Part shown: positions 48,661 to 61,000 of the stretch, in pieces
Numbering within the stretch: the stretch's first letter is position 1
Layout: each line of letters begins with the position of its first letter
NCBI GenBank assembly: GCA_965655095.1
Contig: OZ296651.1
Span: 5,642,001 to 5,706,000 of the forward strand
Source of the DNA: Haplodiscus bocki
Taxonomy: Eukaryota
Reading direction: 5' to 3'
Length of the DNA stretch: 64,000 bases
Notes under the pieces: model-generated
The model's database searches: none
Seen by the model: only the letters and a program-made list of their open reading frames with translations
What the model was told of the DNA's origin: nothing
Translations under genes and position numbers: made by a program

Positions 48661-49894
48661 ATTGCTTGGACCGGTATTAATGAAGAAACTTCCATCAATT
48701 TTATTCACAAAACAACGCTGTATCACCGATTATGTTTTTTGTTTTATCTGAATTTTTCACTTCAACTGAAGTAACTCTAGAAAAGAATTGGCAAGGATTA
48801 GAAAATCACTCTTATTATGCTCACTTATGGTGGTGCTATCGCGAAACTACAAAGAAATGAACTGATTTGATTCATTCTGCTTTCCCTTCATCCGTTGTTA
48901 GATGCCTGAAAAAATAGACAGAATCAAAGAATAACTAATTGATTTTTTCAATTCCGCCAGCGAAAGACAACAAATGATGAATCTGAAGGCTTTGTAAATT
49001 GCCACCAGTAACAAGTCAGAAAAATTCAAAAGAGTATGTTTAATTCACCTGAATTAGCGTCATGATCGCACGGGTGTCAATCAAAAGAATTCAAAAAAGT
49101 AGAAGCACTTTAATGTACCCTGAAAAAATTACATCAGTTTACAATTCAATCAAACACCTTTTTTTTTCGTTTGCTTCTTCAAGCTCGTCACTGTTTGCTC
49201 CATTCTTTGAGCTGAAGAAAATCAGCTGTTTTTCGTTTACTGAATTCAATGAGAAAAACTCAAAGAACGAAGATGCTATATCAATTGTCGGTGACTCTTT
49301 GTCCCGCCGGTTAGTCTATGAAAGGGAAGCTCGTTTGGTAGGGAGAAGCTGCGTGCAATACTGAAGAATACGGCAAGAGACTGACGCACACTAACAAATC
49401 AAGTTATATAGCAACCTTTGAGTTTTCGATTCAGCAATATGAAGCCTTCCTTAATAAATTTGAAATGACACCTTCGCAAAGGCTAATTTGCTGAAAGAAA
49501 CGTGAGGAAAATCTTGGTCGGATGTCGCCTTTTGGCCTGTCGTGACAATTGGCCGTTGATCATACCGCGAAGAAAAACATGTCCCCAATGAAGCCACGAA
49601 CAACCGGCCCAAGATCCATGTTGAGTTGAAGCTTCAATAATGAAACCTCAAAAGAAACTAATTGTAAAAAAAATGATGTCAAAACACATATTTCAGTCGA
49701 ATGAAAGAAGCATGTAGTTAATGAGCAGAGTTTAATAAAATATAGCGCCAGATTTCTGAATATCACTTTAATTTTCATTTTCCGTCGGAATATATTACGA
49801 CAGGAAAATCATTCCCACAGTATGTAGACTTTTGTCTCCGATATTCGCCAAATCTAGCTGCGTCAATTGTGAAACCTTCAGACAAATTTATTCG

Positions 49895-50250
49895 CTCCAA
49901 TGTTCCTCTGGACATGTAAAAAGCAGTTTTGACAACACCAGCCGAAACATTTTCGATAATTTTATTTCTACAAATAGTCCACCCCAGATGTTTCTCTGCA
50001 CACGTAGAATGCAGTTTTGACAAACATGCCGACAAATTCATAGCTCGAAGTCCCGAGAAAATTACGAAATCATGGACACTTTTCAACAAATTTTCCCCAA
50101 GCAGCTCTTCTGGACACAAGTAAAGATTTTTGTGAGAGCCAGCCAAACTTTTTTGCTTCGAGCCCGAATAAAAATCTAGAGTTCTTTTCTCAAAAAAATT
50201 GCTGAAAAATTTGCTCAGGACGCGAAGAAATGAGTTCTAAGAATTCCAAA
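49895..50250. repeat. Degenerate ~90-110-bp tandem repeat
   Basis: The motif ctctggacacgta..a.gcagttttgacaa....gccga recurs at ~49905 and ~49994, and more weakly at ~50108 and ~50215. Confidence 0.6.
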
Positions 50251-51764
50251 TTTTTGTCTAAAGTTTCACTCACTGTGCTAGGAGCGGGCCTATGTTTTCC
50301 TTGAAATTTTCAACCATTTCATGTTTGAGCCAATTCTGACCAACTATCGACGGAAAATATCGCAGCTATGCTGCGCCTTTTCTTAAATACCTATACAAAT
50401 CAAAAGATTTGGATGAGTGAAATCAGCCAAAACATTAATTTTTTTTAGAAAATAGGCCCCTTCGGGACTCGAACATCGACGTGAGGGAAATGAAAAAAAA
50501 ACTTTTTTTTCCAATCAATTTCCGACTGTCTCCAAAACAGCCTCAATAAACTAGCAATCAAACTTCAGCAACAAGTGGCAATGAAACAAGTCAGTTAAAA
50601 TTAGATTGAACGAGTGAGCATACACCGTCGCTGCTTCAGAATAGGGAAAGGTATGAAGTTTCAAAAGGTTAGAAAAATAACTCAGCATAAAAGTCAAATC
50701 AACCTTCGGTGAACTTCCGTCCACCCAGTAAGAGTCAGCCGATGCTGGTCACAAAATGGGATTTCCTACGGTAAAAAAGGATACATCTCCATCTTCAAAG
50801 GGTTATGGATCGTCGCGCATGAATCCCCATATCGTACAAACCATTTTACCCCGGGTGAAAGCTTAAGTATCTTGTGACAATGTAAAGAAATTAGGACGGA
50901 CTGCCAACAATAAGAATGGCAATGATCGCAGTATCTACCATTTAATGTATATTCTTGGTAATAGATGATTTGCTTGCCCTTACAAAGGAATGAGCTGTGC
51001 AGCAATGCCAAACAGATTTTCGTTGATAATTGCGAGTGAATCGGCGCAGCTCTCATTCCCTTGCTCACAAATTGTACATGCTAAGCGGATTCATCAGGCG
51101 GAAAGGAGTATAACCCACTGTTGCGGTTGTAGCAGTGAATGAAATCAGTGAATGAAAGCGCATATCCTGGACTTCAAAGATTCTTTGCTTATAAATTAGG
51201 CGCTTCAACGATTAAAGACGACGAGAGTGAGATTCTGAAACGGACTTCAGACAGCATCTAGCAAATGGACTGACGACGTTGATATTGAAAAACTACTGCG
51301 ATATCTGGTTTTCCACCGGCCGCCGTTTACATTGACATCTACTCGAGCTTCATCTTCAGTGGTCTGAGTTTGAAAAAATGACTCAACTTGCAAAGCTTGA
51401 AGATTTGCGTAGATTTCGAAGCATACCTGGTCTATCAGGTTTGCTAGAAAAAAACTTGCACCACTCGTACTAGAGCTAGGAAATTATCAAAGTCATATAA
51501 CAGAGGAGGCGAGCAAAACTTTACAAAAACTGACGGCAAAAGTTGAAGAAAAAAGATGCGTAAATATTGAACAAGGCCACCGAAGGTTTGAACTTTTATT
51601 TTAGTAGCGCTCTCCCACCAAAAATATGTTATTTAAGGCAAATTCTGTACTCATCGAAGCTTCGTTGCGATTTAAAAAAATTCAAAATGTCGCCCGAAAC
51701 TCCCAGCATATTGACTCGAGAGCAAGAAAAAAATCCTTATGTTTTTGACCTGCGCATTCTCAAC

Positions 51765-52205
51765 GCTAGTATAATGGTTCGTGTGTTGCCCCCTTTACTC
51801 CCACGCAATTCTGCTGCATTTGGAAGTTTTTTGAAAAAAATCCAATGTCGCAAGATACTTTTTTATTTTGGACGAGGTCGCGATATCGTGCGAAAGAGCG
51901 TAAAAAACGAAGCTGCTTCATTATTTGCATCATTTTTTCATTTGTGCACTCTCACCTGTATTATGATGGTCCCAATGGTAACTCCTGTACTCCTAACTTT
52001 GCAGAGCATTGACAAAAAATTCAACTTCTTCAAATGCCGAAGGAAATTACTATTTTCGACGCGGTCAAAAATGCAGGAAAAACCGTTAAAAAAAAACAAA
52101 AACCGAGTAACACTGAGTATTTTCCGAAGTTCCGGAAATGTCAAAAACTTTGGAATATTTGATCACCTGAGCAGCCACCGGAAAATGCATTGATTTATTT
52201 AGCAT
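51765..52205. repeat. Two adjacent diverged copies of the dispersed repeat seen at 48395-48660
   Basis: Matching segments begin at ~51767 (tagtataatggttcgt...ttttggacgaggtcg...agcgtaaaaa) and ~51958 (tattatgatggt...ctcctgtactcc...ttcaaatgccg...gagtaacact). Confidence 0.72.
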
Positions 52206-54995
52206 CGTCGAGAAAGCAAAAGACAATGAGCAGAACTTATGGTTTTTGGTCTCGACCAAGTGTATACTTCAACGTTTTCTGGAGTTTTGAGGTGCAAAAG
52301 CGAATAAGAGGAACATTTTAAAAACTTATGTTTGTTTTCGAGATCCTCCAACTACTGTATACGTGTTTTCAAATATGGGTTTTGGTCTTGCCCAGACTCG
52401 TACATCAATTGTCAGGTTCCGCTCATAGGTGTGAAACCATCAATTTCCTTGGGAATTTACGAAGGAACGACAGTTTGAGAAAGTATTTTTGATTCCGGCA
52501 TCATGCACATAAGCAAATGACGTTTACTTGTTTTCAAATACGGTTTTAGGCTCGCAAAGACTTAATCAGCAGATGCTTAATCTGCATTCATAACGTGTAA
52601 CTTGATAAATATGGGTTGCCTAGTGTACAGGATGCTCAAATTTTGGTCTTTGAAGTTTCACATACTGAAACAATAAGCAAATCTTTTCCATTCCATTAGG
52701 TAATTGTTCAGGATACTGTTACTGTACACTGCATTGGTTCTTAGAATACGCGTGATGGCAACCCGATATAGTCATTTTGAGCCGAAAAATAACCAACCTT
52801 CGACAAATTTCAGGGAGCCATGAAGCTTCGTGGGGACCCCCAGCATAAACTACTACAATTTTTAACCATTTCAACTTTCACCAAGGAGCTGATCTTTGAT
52901 AGCGATTGCGACACTTTTCGAAGTCTCAAATTCCGTTTGTGGTCATGAACACATACATGCATTTGCTTCACATGGTCGCAAGTTTCGACCATATATTATT
53001 ATCGTTTTTGGAACATTTGGGGGTCCAACTCAAATTGTAGAGAATGATTTTTCAATGGTTAAAATTTATGGGGATAATCAAAATTGTTCAACCAGAACCC
53101 CAAAAACATCTTAATGATTAAACGGTTAGAAAAGTTGTTGAAATTACGTACCAATGTAACACTGTGTGAGAATAAAAATCACTTTTAAACATTTCAATTC
53201 CGAAAATCATTTCGACCCGTTCCAACCAAAACATGATACAGGTATCCACCCCGTTTCGTGCAAATTCAAAAAAAAAATTCACACCCGTTTTTATTAAATA
53301 GGCAGAAACATCAACTCATTTTATTAACAACAAATTTCCACACTTTTTGTTTCCTTTTGACAATGTTCCTTTCCCCAATTTCATCTCAATGGAGGCGTTT
53401 CGTGCAAGTCTTGGAGACGCCAGTTCAGAGTTGAGAAGAATGGTTATTGTTTTGTTTGCTACATAGCGAATCCCCGGAGGTTGTTTGTTCAGGCGGCATC
53501 AGTTTGTATTCATTGAAGAAAATTCAATTAATGAAATTTGAAAGAAAAATTTGCAGAATTTTGCAGAAAAGACTTGTTTACATGTTACTACCTGGTTAAT
53601 GATGAATAATTCAATAAAAACAGCAAATTTACCTTTTCAAAGGTCATCTGACAAGATAAGAATGCAGTCGCCATTCCATCAAAATTTCAGTCACCTGGGT
53701 TTCAAAAAGTAGAACTATGAGTCGACTAGTTCTTATTCGCTTGTGACGATCGCCCCGAACGGAATTGAAATGATCCATCAAAACAGCTGTTTCTTAAAAA
53801 AATTCATCCCAAGGCTAGACATTTTACCAGAATTCAAAAGCCTAATTGTAGATGCGAAACATCTAGAACAAAAAACTCTTTTTTGCAAAAAACTGAAACG
53901 ACATCAGTTACGAAGAAAATGGTAAAAATTTTGTGTTGAATGTCGATTCAGAAAATATGCTTTTTCGGGGTTTCACTATAGAAGCATAAAAAACCTTCTC
54001 TCTCAAATTTTGACACTTCCAAAACATTTTACTTCAATTTTAAAAGAATCACCGAAGTCTGTTCCACTAGATCATTTGAGTTGATTAACTTTCGGTTAAT
54101 AAAGTAACACTATCACAGAAAAAGACCGGAAAATCATTGAAAGTGTATGATTTTCTCACATGTTTATTGGAACTTACAGGGGAACATTTGAATGAAACAT
54201 AGCCGCCTAAGGTGGATCGATAGCACTTCATAAATATTTGCGGGAAACAATTTAAAGGACTGCGTATGGCAATTCTTGTTGAGAGTTTCCATTCATTCCC
54301 TAATAATTCTCAAATTCAAAGAAAAAATAAACTAAAAAATGCATATAGCTTGAAATTGACAAGGCGTTTGCCCGGATACGATATCGGATCAGAATTGAAA
54401 AATTAATACAATGAAACTTGATCCCCATTTCCACGGCTTAGCCTTCACTTTAACCCCTGTGCCAAAGCTGGGATGACTTCAATGATTTTTACATTTTGTG
54501 ATCTCCTGAGTTACCACAACACGGCAATGGCAAGGCTCCTACCAGGATAGCGCATTGGATGAGAATTCGTAAACAGAAGAGAAAAGTTTACTTCTCCAAG
54601 GAAGTTATCAAAACAAAGCAAACAAATAAAGCAAACAACGATATGAAAAATGAACAAAACACACAATAAATGGAACCGTGTGACTTGGAGAGGACAGAAA
54701 ACGGCATCACTCAATCCACAAACCCCCGGCCTGACAGATTTAATACTTAGTGAATGGTTACTAATTTAAAAAAAAATCACAAAAAAATGGCAGAAGTGGC
54801 CTGTATCAGAAGCTTCTCTTTAACTTTCACAGTGCCGCTAAAAGCAACGCAACGACAGGTACAAGCAGCCTGCGAGATTAAGTGAGGAGACGGCAACTCA
54901 AGAGGACCCAATTATTTGATAACTTGAACAAGTTACAAGACAAAAAAAGAAACTTAGCAAAAGCGTAACAATTCTGGGAGATTTTTCCAAAACGC

Positions 54996-55071
54996 CCATG
55001 TTTTCGAGTCTTTTTGTGGCACGCAAAAAGTGCCTTTTTTGCGTGCCATGTTTTCGAGTCTTTTTGCGGCA
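54996..55071. repeat. 26-bp direct repeat (50-bp spacing) overlapping a 13-bp perfect inverted repeat
   Basis: ccatgttttcgagtctttttg(t/c)ggca occurs at 54996 and 55046. tggcacgcaaaaa (55017-55029) pairs with tttttgcgtgcca (55036-55048) around a 6-nt loop. Confidence 0.85.
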
Positions 55072-58000
55072 TTCGTAGAAAACTGAGCATGGACATTGGC
55101 TACTTTTCAGCCGGAAAAAAACGAGATTCATTCAGAAGTTTTTTATTTATCAGGCATAAAATACGTGCCATTGGCCTGAAAAGACACATGAGACTATAGA
55201 GAACCTCTTCTGCCCGTTTACTGTAATTGTAGACCTACCGCAGTACTTTTAACAGCTCTATACACCAGAGACAAACGAGCCAAAAAAATCAATTTTTGGC
55301 ATGGGGTGGTGGAAAACCTGTAGGTTGTCTGTCCTTCACCACTCTAAAAGTTAGCCGCCCTATTGTTAGAAAAGTTATACCTCAAGAAAAAGTATAAGAT
55401 TACGAGTTAAATTTTTTCGTCATAATCTCCCATGAATTTCCATCCCAACGGTTTTTTTGCGAAACAAATTTCACTCTCGATACTTTCGAGTGGTTTACAC
55501 CGCAAACGTACGTGTATGAAAGTGGCCAATATTCGTGTTTTCCGCCAAAAAATTTTTGATACCTGCCACAATTCTCAGCTTCCGGATGAATTGAAAACTT
55601 TAAGTAAAAGTTTCCCCGACACGTGTAGCAAAGTAATGCCCGAGAGAAAGAACCTTTTGTGCTGCCGAAACATGCTGTGAATTTCCCGTTTTTTCTATTG
55701 ACAAAACAAGTTTTTTTGACATGACTATGTTTGTGGCGAAACATTCATTAGGCGTAAAGCTACTGGTTGCACTTTGCTACTCCTACTGCGAACAGGATTA
55801 CGCGTTGCTTTTAGGGTAACATAAAGCCGTCTATCCCACCGAACTGGCTAAATTTATTAGTGTTAGAAATTCCAGTGAGCAGTTTTGTCTGATGATTTAA
55901 GTATTTCTCTTCATCCGAGCATAGATTATTCAAATAAAGATCTCGAAGCTTCAAGGGAGTGTCAGGAGGTCTCGAGCAACCTGCACTCTCGGAGCCCATG
56001 GTTAACTCTTGTTGCGCCTGATTTTAGTGGAGCGTAACGAAGCCTCGTAAAACACCAAAGTTAAGGTATTCAGACCCAATTGTTCGAGCTCTACCATCAA
56101 GTAAAAATTTCATCGTAACTCAAAAAACGTTCATTTCCTTTATTGAATATTCTGAAAATTGCGGAAACTCTACAAGTCTCTACTGAATACTAAAGTTTGC
56201 TTGCCGTCCGCCAATTTTTCTGATAAATTTTTCGCGCAAAAAAAATCAAAGTCGATCAAATTTCCCGAAGTGAGCGGTATTTGTCACTCAAGAAATTGCT
56301 TTTTTTTGACAACTAGAGACACCCAAAACATTTGAGTTCGAATGGCATTCACTACTGAACTTTTCATGGGTTTGTTTTGCGAAACAGGCTTGGATAACGA
56401 ACCATTTTTCGCAATCATGAAGATGTTGAAAAATAGAAGTTGCATATTTATCAAATATAAATAATCACCAGAAAATTGCATGGAATTAACTAGGAGGTTC
56501 GAATCTAGCATTTATCAAAATTGATTGCGCAGCAAAACTTTCTCGACGGGTATTCAGAAAAACCCTTGAAAATCGAGCTATTTTTCGCATGTGTGAAATC
56601 TTTTCTGTCAAATTTTAGTCCTATACTCTGGAAGCAATGTCTGAAAAAGATGCCAAGAGGCATTGGCATAACAAGCAAAAACCCATATTTACGTGTTTTG
56701 TTTTAGTGACTGTTTAGAAAACTTTTTGATAGGCTTGTTAAAGAAAAAACCTAACAACCGAGCAATTTTTGGCTGCATTGAATTAATTTGTCAAATTTTC
56801 CTCCAAAATCCAAGAAGCTCCACCCAAAGGAGCCGACAATCTGCAGAGGAAAACAAGATGACTTCAATGTAGTACACACAACAATTTTTGGGGTCAGAAA
56901 ACGTTTGGATAGATTTGTTTGCGCAACAAAAATGAATATCCACCACTTTTGAAAACTCTCAAATCTTACTTTATAGCTTTCTGTGAAATTCCGGGGGTGA
57001 ACCTAGGATTCATATTGAAAGAGATGACCCACTTTTCTGAATTTTCGAGAAAATAATGCAAAATGCCTAGCATTAAGCCCCTACTCCCTACCATATATTT
57101 CATCCCGAAGACATTTGTGACACGCCATGTTCAATTCCAGAGCAAAATATCTCAGGGCGTACTGGTCCGAGAATTGTAGTTTTGTGGAAAATTGTACAAC
57201 GTCGTAGAAGTTTTTTCGCCGAGAAGTTATCGGGAAAAACAATTTGAAAACGAGGGTAAATCGTTGCATTTGATCAACATCAGTCTCATAGATTGGATGG
57301 GTGCATCCTTCAGTGGAATCGATGTCAAGTCACCACTTCTTGATGCTTAAGTGCTTTCAGAAAAGTTCCAACATTCTTCCACCGAGTTCACACTGTAAAC
57401 TTCTTGAGCGATATTGAGGTATTCGAGAAATTCCAACTCCTTCGGGGAGTGCAAGTACCTGTGAATAGTTTGAATCAGCTTCAACAGTACTGTCAGAAGG
57501 ACAAGTAGACCTTGTACTGTGTCAGAAAAACTCTCGCGGTTTACTCTCGGCGGTTTCCTGAGCGGAAACGTTTGCCTCAAAAATTTAAAGTTTTCGGCAA
57601 TTTCACCTCCCTTAAGGCTCGAAAATGACCTGATGGTATAAATCAATGATTTGATGCGCCTCGAAAGACAATTACGGAAGATCGGAGGTCAGGAGAATAT
57701 CCTGAGCATTTTCAGGAAAACTTCGGGGCAGAAGAACGCCAGTATTGAACTATATCAATTCTTTTTACTACTTGAAGGGTTTTTTCAAAGGTTTCGAAGT
57801 TCAACGTCAATGCTGTATCGGAAAACCTAATGGACAAACGCAGTGCGGCTGCATTTTAGGGGCAAGTTGTAGTTTAACAGATATTTAGCAAGCAACTGAA
57901 CCAAAAGTTGGTTTTTTTCAAGTGCATTCGAAACAAAAGGATCGCTGAATAAATTTGGTTTTAAAGCATACCAAGGGCAATGAAGATGACCATTGAGTTT

Positions 58001-61000
58001 TCTCATCGAACTTTCACTTACTATCCGCAAAATAGCTTCGGAGTTGTCAAACTTGCAATCGAACTTTCGCGCGCAGTCGTGTTTACCGCAAAACGGGGTT
58101 ATGCTTACTCCGAGCCCAACGCACAGCTCTTTGCTTCCTTGTGATTTCTTCAAGCGATCAAAGCGAAGCCTATTGCAACGCCGCGCACAAAATTTGGAAA
58201 GATCACATTCTTGAGTCAACAAAGGAGGGTTTTTGTCTGTTCCTTGTTTTCTTATCATTTTCTACGCCAATCTCGCAATTCCTCCACATCTACATCAGAA
58301 ACCCTTTGGCTCTAAAGGTGGTAATTTAATTTCCATCAAAGTCCGACGAGTCTGGGCTAAATTTTTCGCCTTAGTTTTCTTTTCCGAAACCTTAAAATCA
58401 CACTTTCACATACGTTTTTAGCAATTTTCGGCAAAAAAGCTACATCTATCTTGCTCCTCAAATCCCAAACATTAATGTAGTCCATAGTATACTCGATTGC
58501 TTCTCTTCCAATGTTTTTTTAGTGCTCAAAACTTTTGTCAAGATATTATACTTTCTTGGAATGCAATTTCTTGTATTCCATCATTTTTTCAAATCTTCTG
58601 GCAAACCCTTCTTGCTCATTCCTTCCCATACACCAGTTTGAGCGTCACTGAGAGAATTATTCTCATTTTGCCTTAGATCAGGTTGCAGTTTGTCTCAGAA
58701 GAGCCTATAAACCTTCTTACGAAAATCTTTGAGGTACAATCTATTATGGAGCTGAACTAAGATTTTTTTTGCTTCAAAAAATGTCGGAAGTATATTTTTA
58801 TCGGTAAGGAAACTAAAATTTCTTCGAAAAATTCAATTGACTGACTCTGTGATTTCACCAAAAGGGTTTGCACATCAGGGAACTGGTATTGGAGCTTTAG
58901 GCCCTCCATTAGGTCCTGGAAAGTTAAGAGCATGTTTCTCATCGTAAAAATGTTTTCCGACGAACGTGTTTTTTTTCTGCACGGTATTTCACTCAAATCA
59001 GGAGGTTCTCCGATCCCCTAGTTGAAGTGTTTGAAAGCACCACTCTTGATTTAAGTCTAAAGATCTTCATAGAGGTTTCTCTGATCGTGGAATTACGCGG
59101 AAAATAATAGAAGTTCCAGGTTTTAATTTTTTTACCATTTTCTTCAAAGTATGCTATCTTCGGGTGGAATAAAAACTCTGTTTACAAGGATAAGTGAATC
59201 TTGAACAACGCTTCCTTTTCTGCCCAATGAAATTGACAGTCCGTCGCGTCTATTTTTACCCGAGCGAAGTAAAAAATATCAACCTATGTTACTTTCCAGA
59301 GCTGCAAAAAAACGGGAAGGCCTTAGCTAAGGCAATACTTGTTGCTGCGGTAGGTTGGAGAAGGGGGAATTACAAAAAATAAGAACTTTTTCGTATATTT
59401 TTAAATTTTCAGTGTTCTCGAAGTCATGTATCCATATAGATCCCAAACGCAAAACGTTTTTCGCCTGAAATGGTACAAAAGTGAGCCTACCAATGTAATT
59501 TAGCGTGCCGGTGTTCCATCGTTTCCTCACAAAAAAAAATTGGGGGTGTGAGGCATCACAAAATTTCGACACTTCTATTTGCTTTTTCTTCACTTACCTT
59601 GATTGATCCCACTTTCGAGCTATAATAGAACTTCGTATATTGCTGTTTCTGTCTGAACTGGAAGGTTGACAAAACATTTATTAGGGTTCTCTACTATGTG
59701 ACACTTTTGTAACAATTCAAGAATAAAACCTCCTTCAAACCGACCCTTTTAATCTATCATGTTTCATTTCCATGATGAGCTTCCTTTTACAATTCTCTCT
59801 AACTGTTTGTCGCCAGAAATTCGTCTCAAAAAGTCGTCTCTCAAATACTTCAGAAGATCATCGTATTCTCCACTTTCAGCAGCGAAGTGGGATCTTTCGT
59901 GTTAACTTCCCCCATAACATAATTAGTATGCAAAATAATAAGCGGCGTAATGGTTTTAGCGATTCATAGAAGACTTCGCTTCCACGTGGCCAGAGGAGGA
60001 GAAGGAGTTATCACAAAAAAATCCACAAAGTGTCTGAATATTATATTGTAAGAGATCACTACAAATATTATTTCGATGCATTATAGAACACACTATATTA
60101 CCTCCGTGAACAATTTATTTTCTAACACAGAGGCGAAGCTGTGCTGCGAAATCAAGAGACGCTATGATGAAACGCCAAGCGACAATGGCATAGTCATTAA
60201 AGCATGCGACTGCGGCCGAAAGGTGCCCAGTTCGAGATTAGGACACTCCTTTCTCTCTTTGATCAAAATCTAGAAACGAACGCTAGTTGTGAACGTATGA
60301 GAAAAAAAGCAGAAGCCTGTGATATAAAACTTCCTCGACCAAGTATGAGTATCAAAAACTCAAGTTTTTTCAACTGACGTAAAATTGTTCGTAGTTAATT
60401 AACTTATTCACAAATTGTTTTTCAACAACAAGCTATCGACAATTTCTGTAGCTGAAAATAATCTATTACGATAATTTTCCAGACAAGAATTTAACAAGCA
60501 AGTATCACCGAATTTGAACATACAAAAATTCGAGAGAGCAGAATGGGGTACAACTCGAACGAAAGAGCTCGAACGGATTTTTTTTCGTGTTTCGGTGATT
60601 TTAACAAGGGGAAGTGATATTTGTATTTCGTAGCTAAAAAACATAGGACAGCCCAAAAACCATCTGAACAAATCCGGAAAGACCGCAACAAGTCCAAGGT
60701 AAATAAAACATAGGCATCACGAATGCCAGGCATTAAGCCCTAAGAACTGAGCAATGACAGAAGTTGTCAGAAAAATATGAATTGGAAAAATCCAACAAAA
60801 ATTCCTATTGCGTCGGAGATTCAACAGGACGAAAAATTCGGACCGTTTTAAATTTTGCAAACTTTTGACGCTTTGAACAATTTGTAATTTTTCAGCTTAC
60901 GGAATCAGCGATTCTTCGGCGCGATGTAAGGTCAATACTTTGCAAACTTTGGTCTACTTTGGAAAAACAGAAAATAGGATGCAAATTGAAATTGACCATA

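Noticed and set aside
50454-50482. Isolated tRNA 3'-end-like sequence (minus-strand GTTCGAGTCCCGAAGGGGCC)
   Set aside because: No 5' half, A box or properly paired T stem; too short to call.
50620-51100. Higher-complexity segment with protein-like minus-strand frames
   Set aside because: No recognisable motif or supported splice structure; I cannot distinguish it from chance.
51567-52193. 208-aa ORF, the longest outside the LINEs
   Set aside because: It has a non-ATG start, spans two copies of a dispersed repeat and has no recognisable domain.
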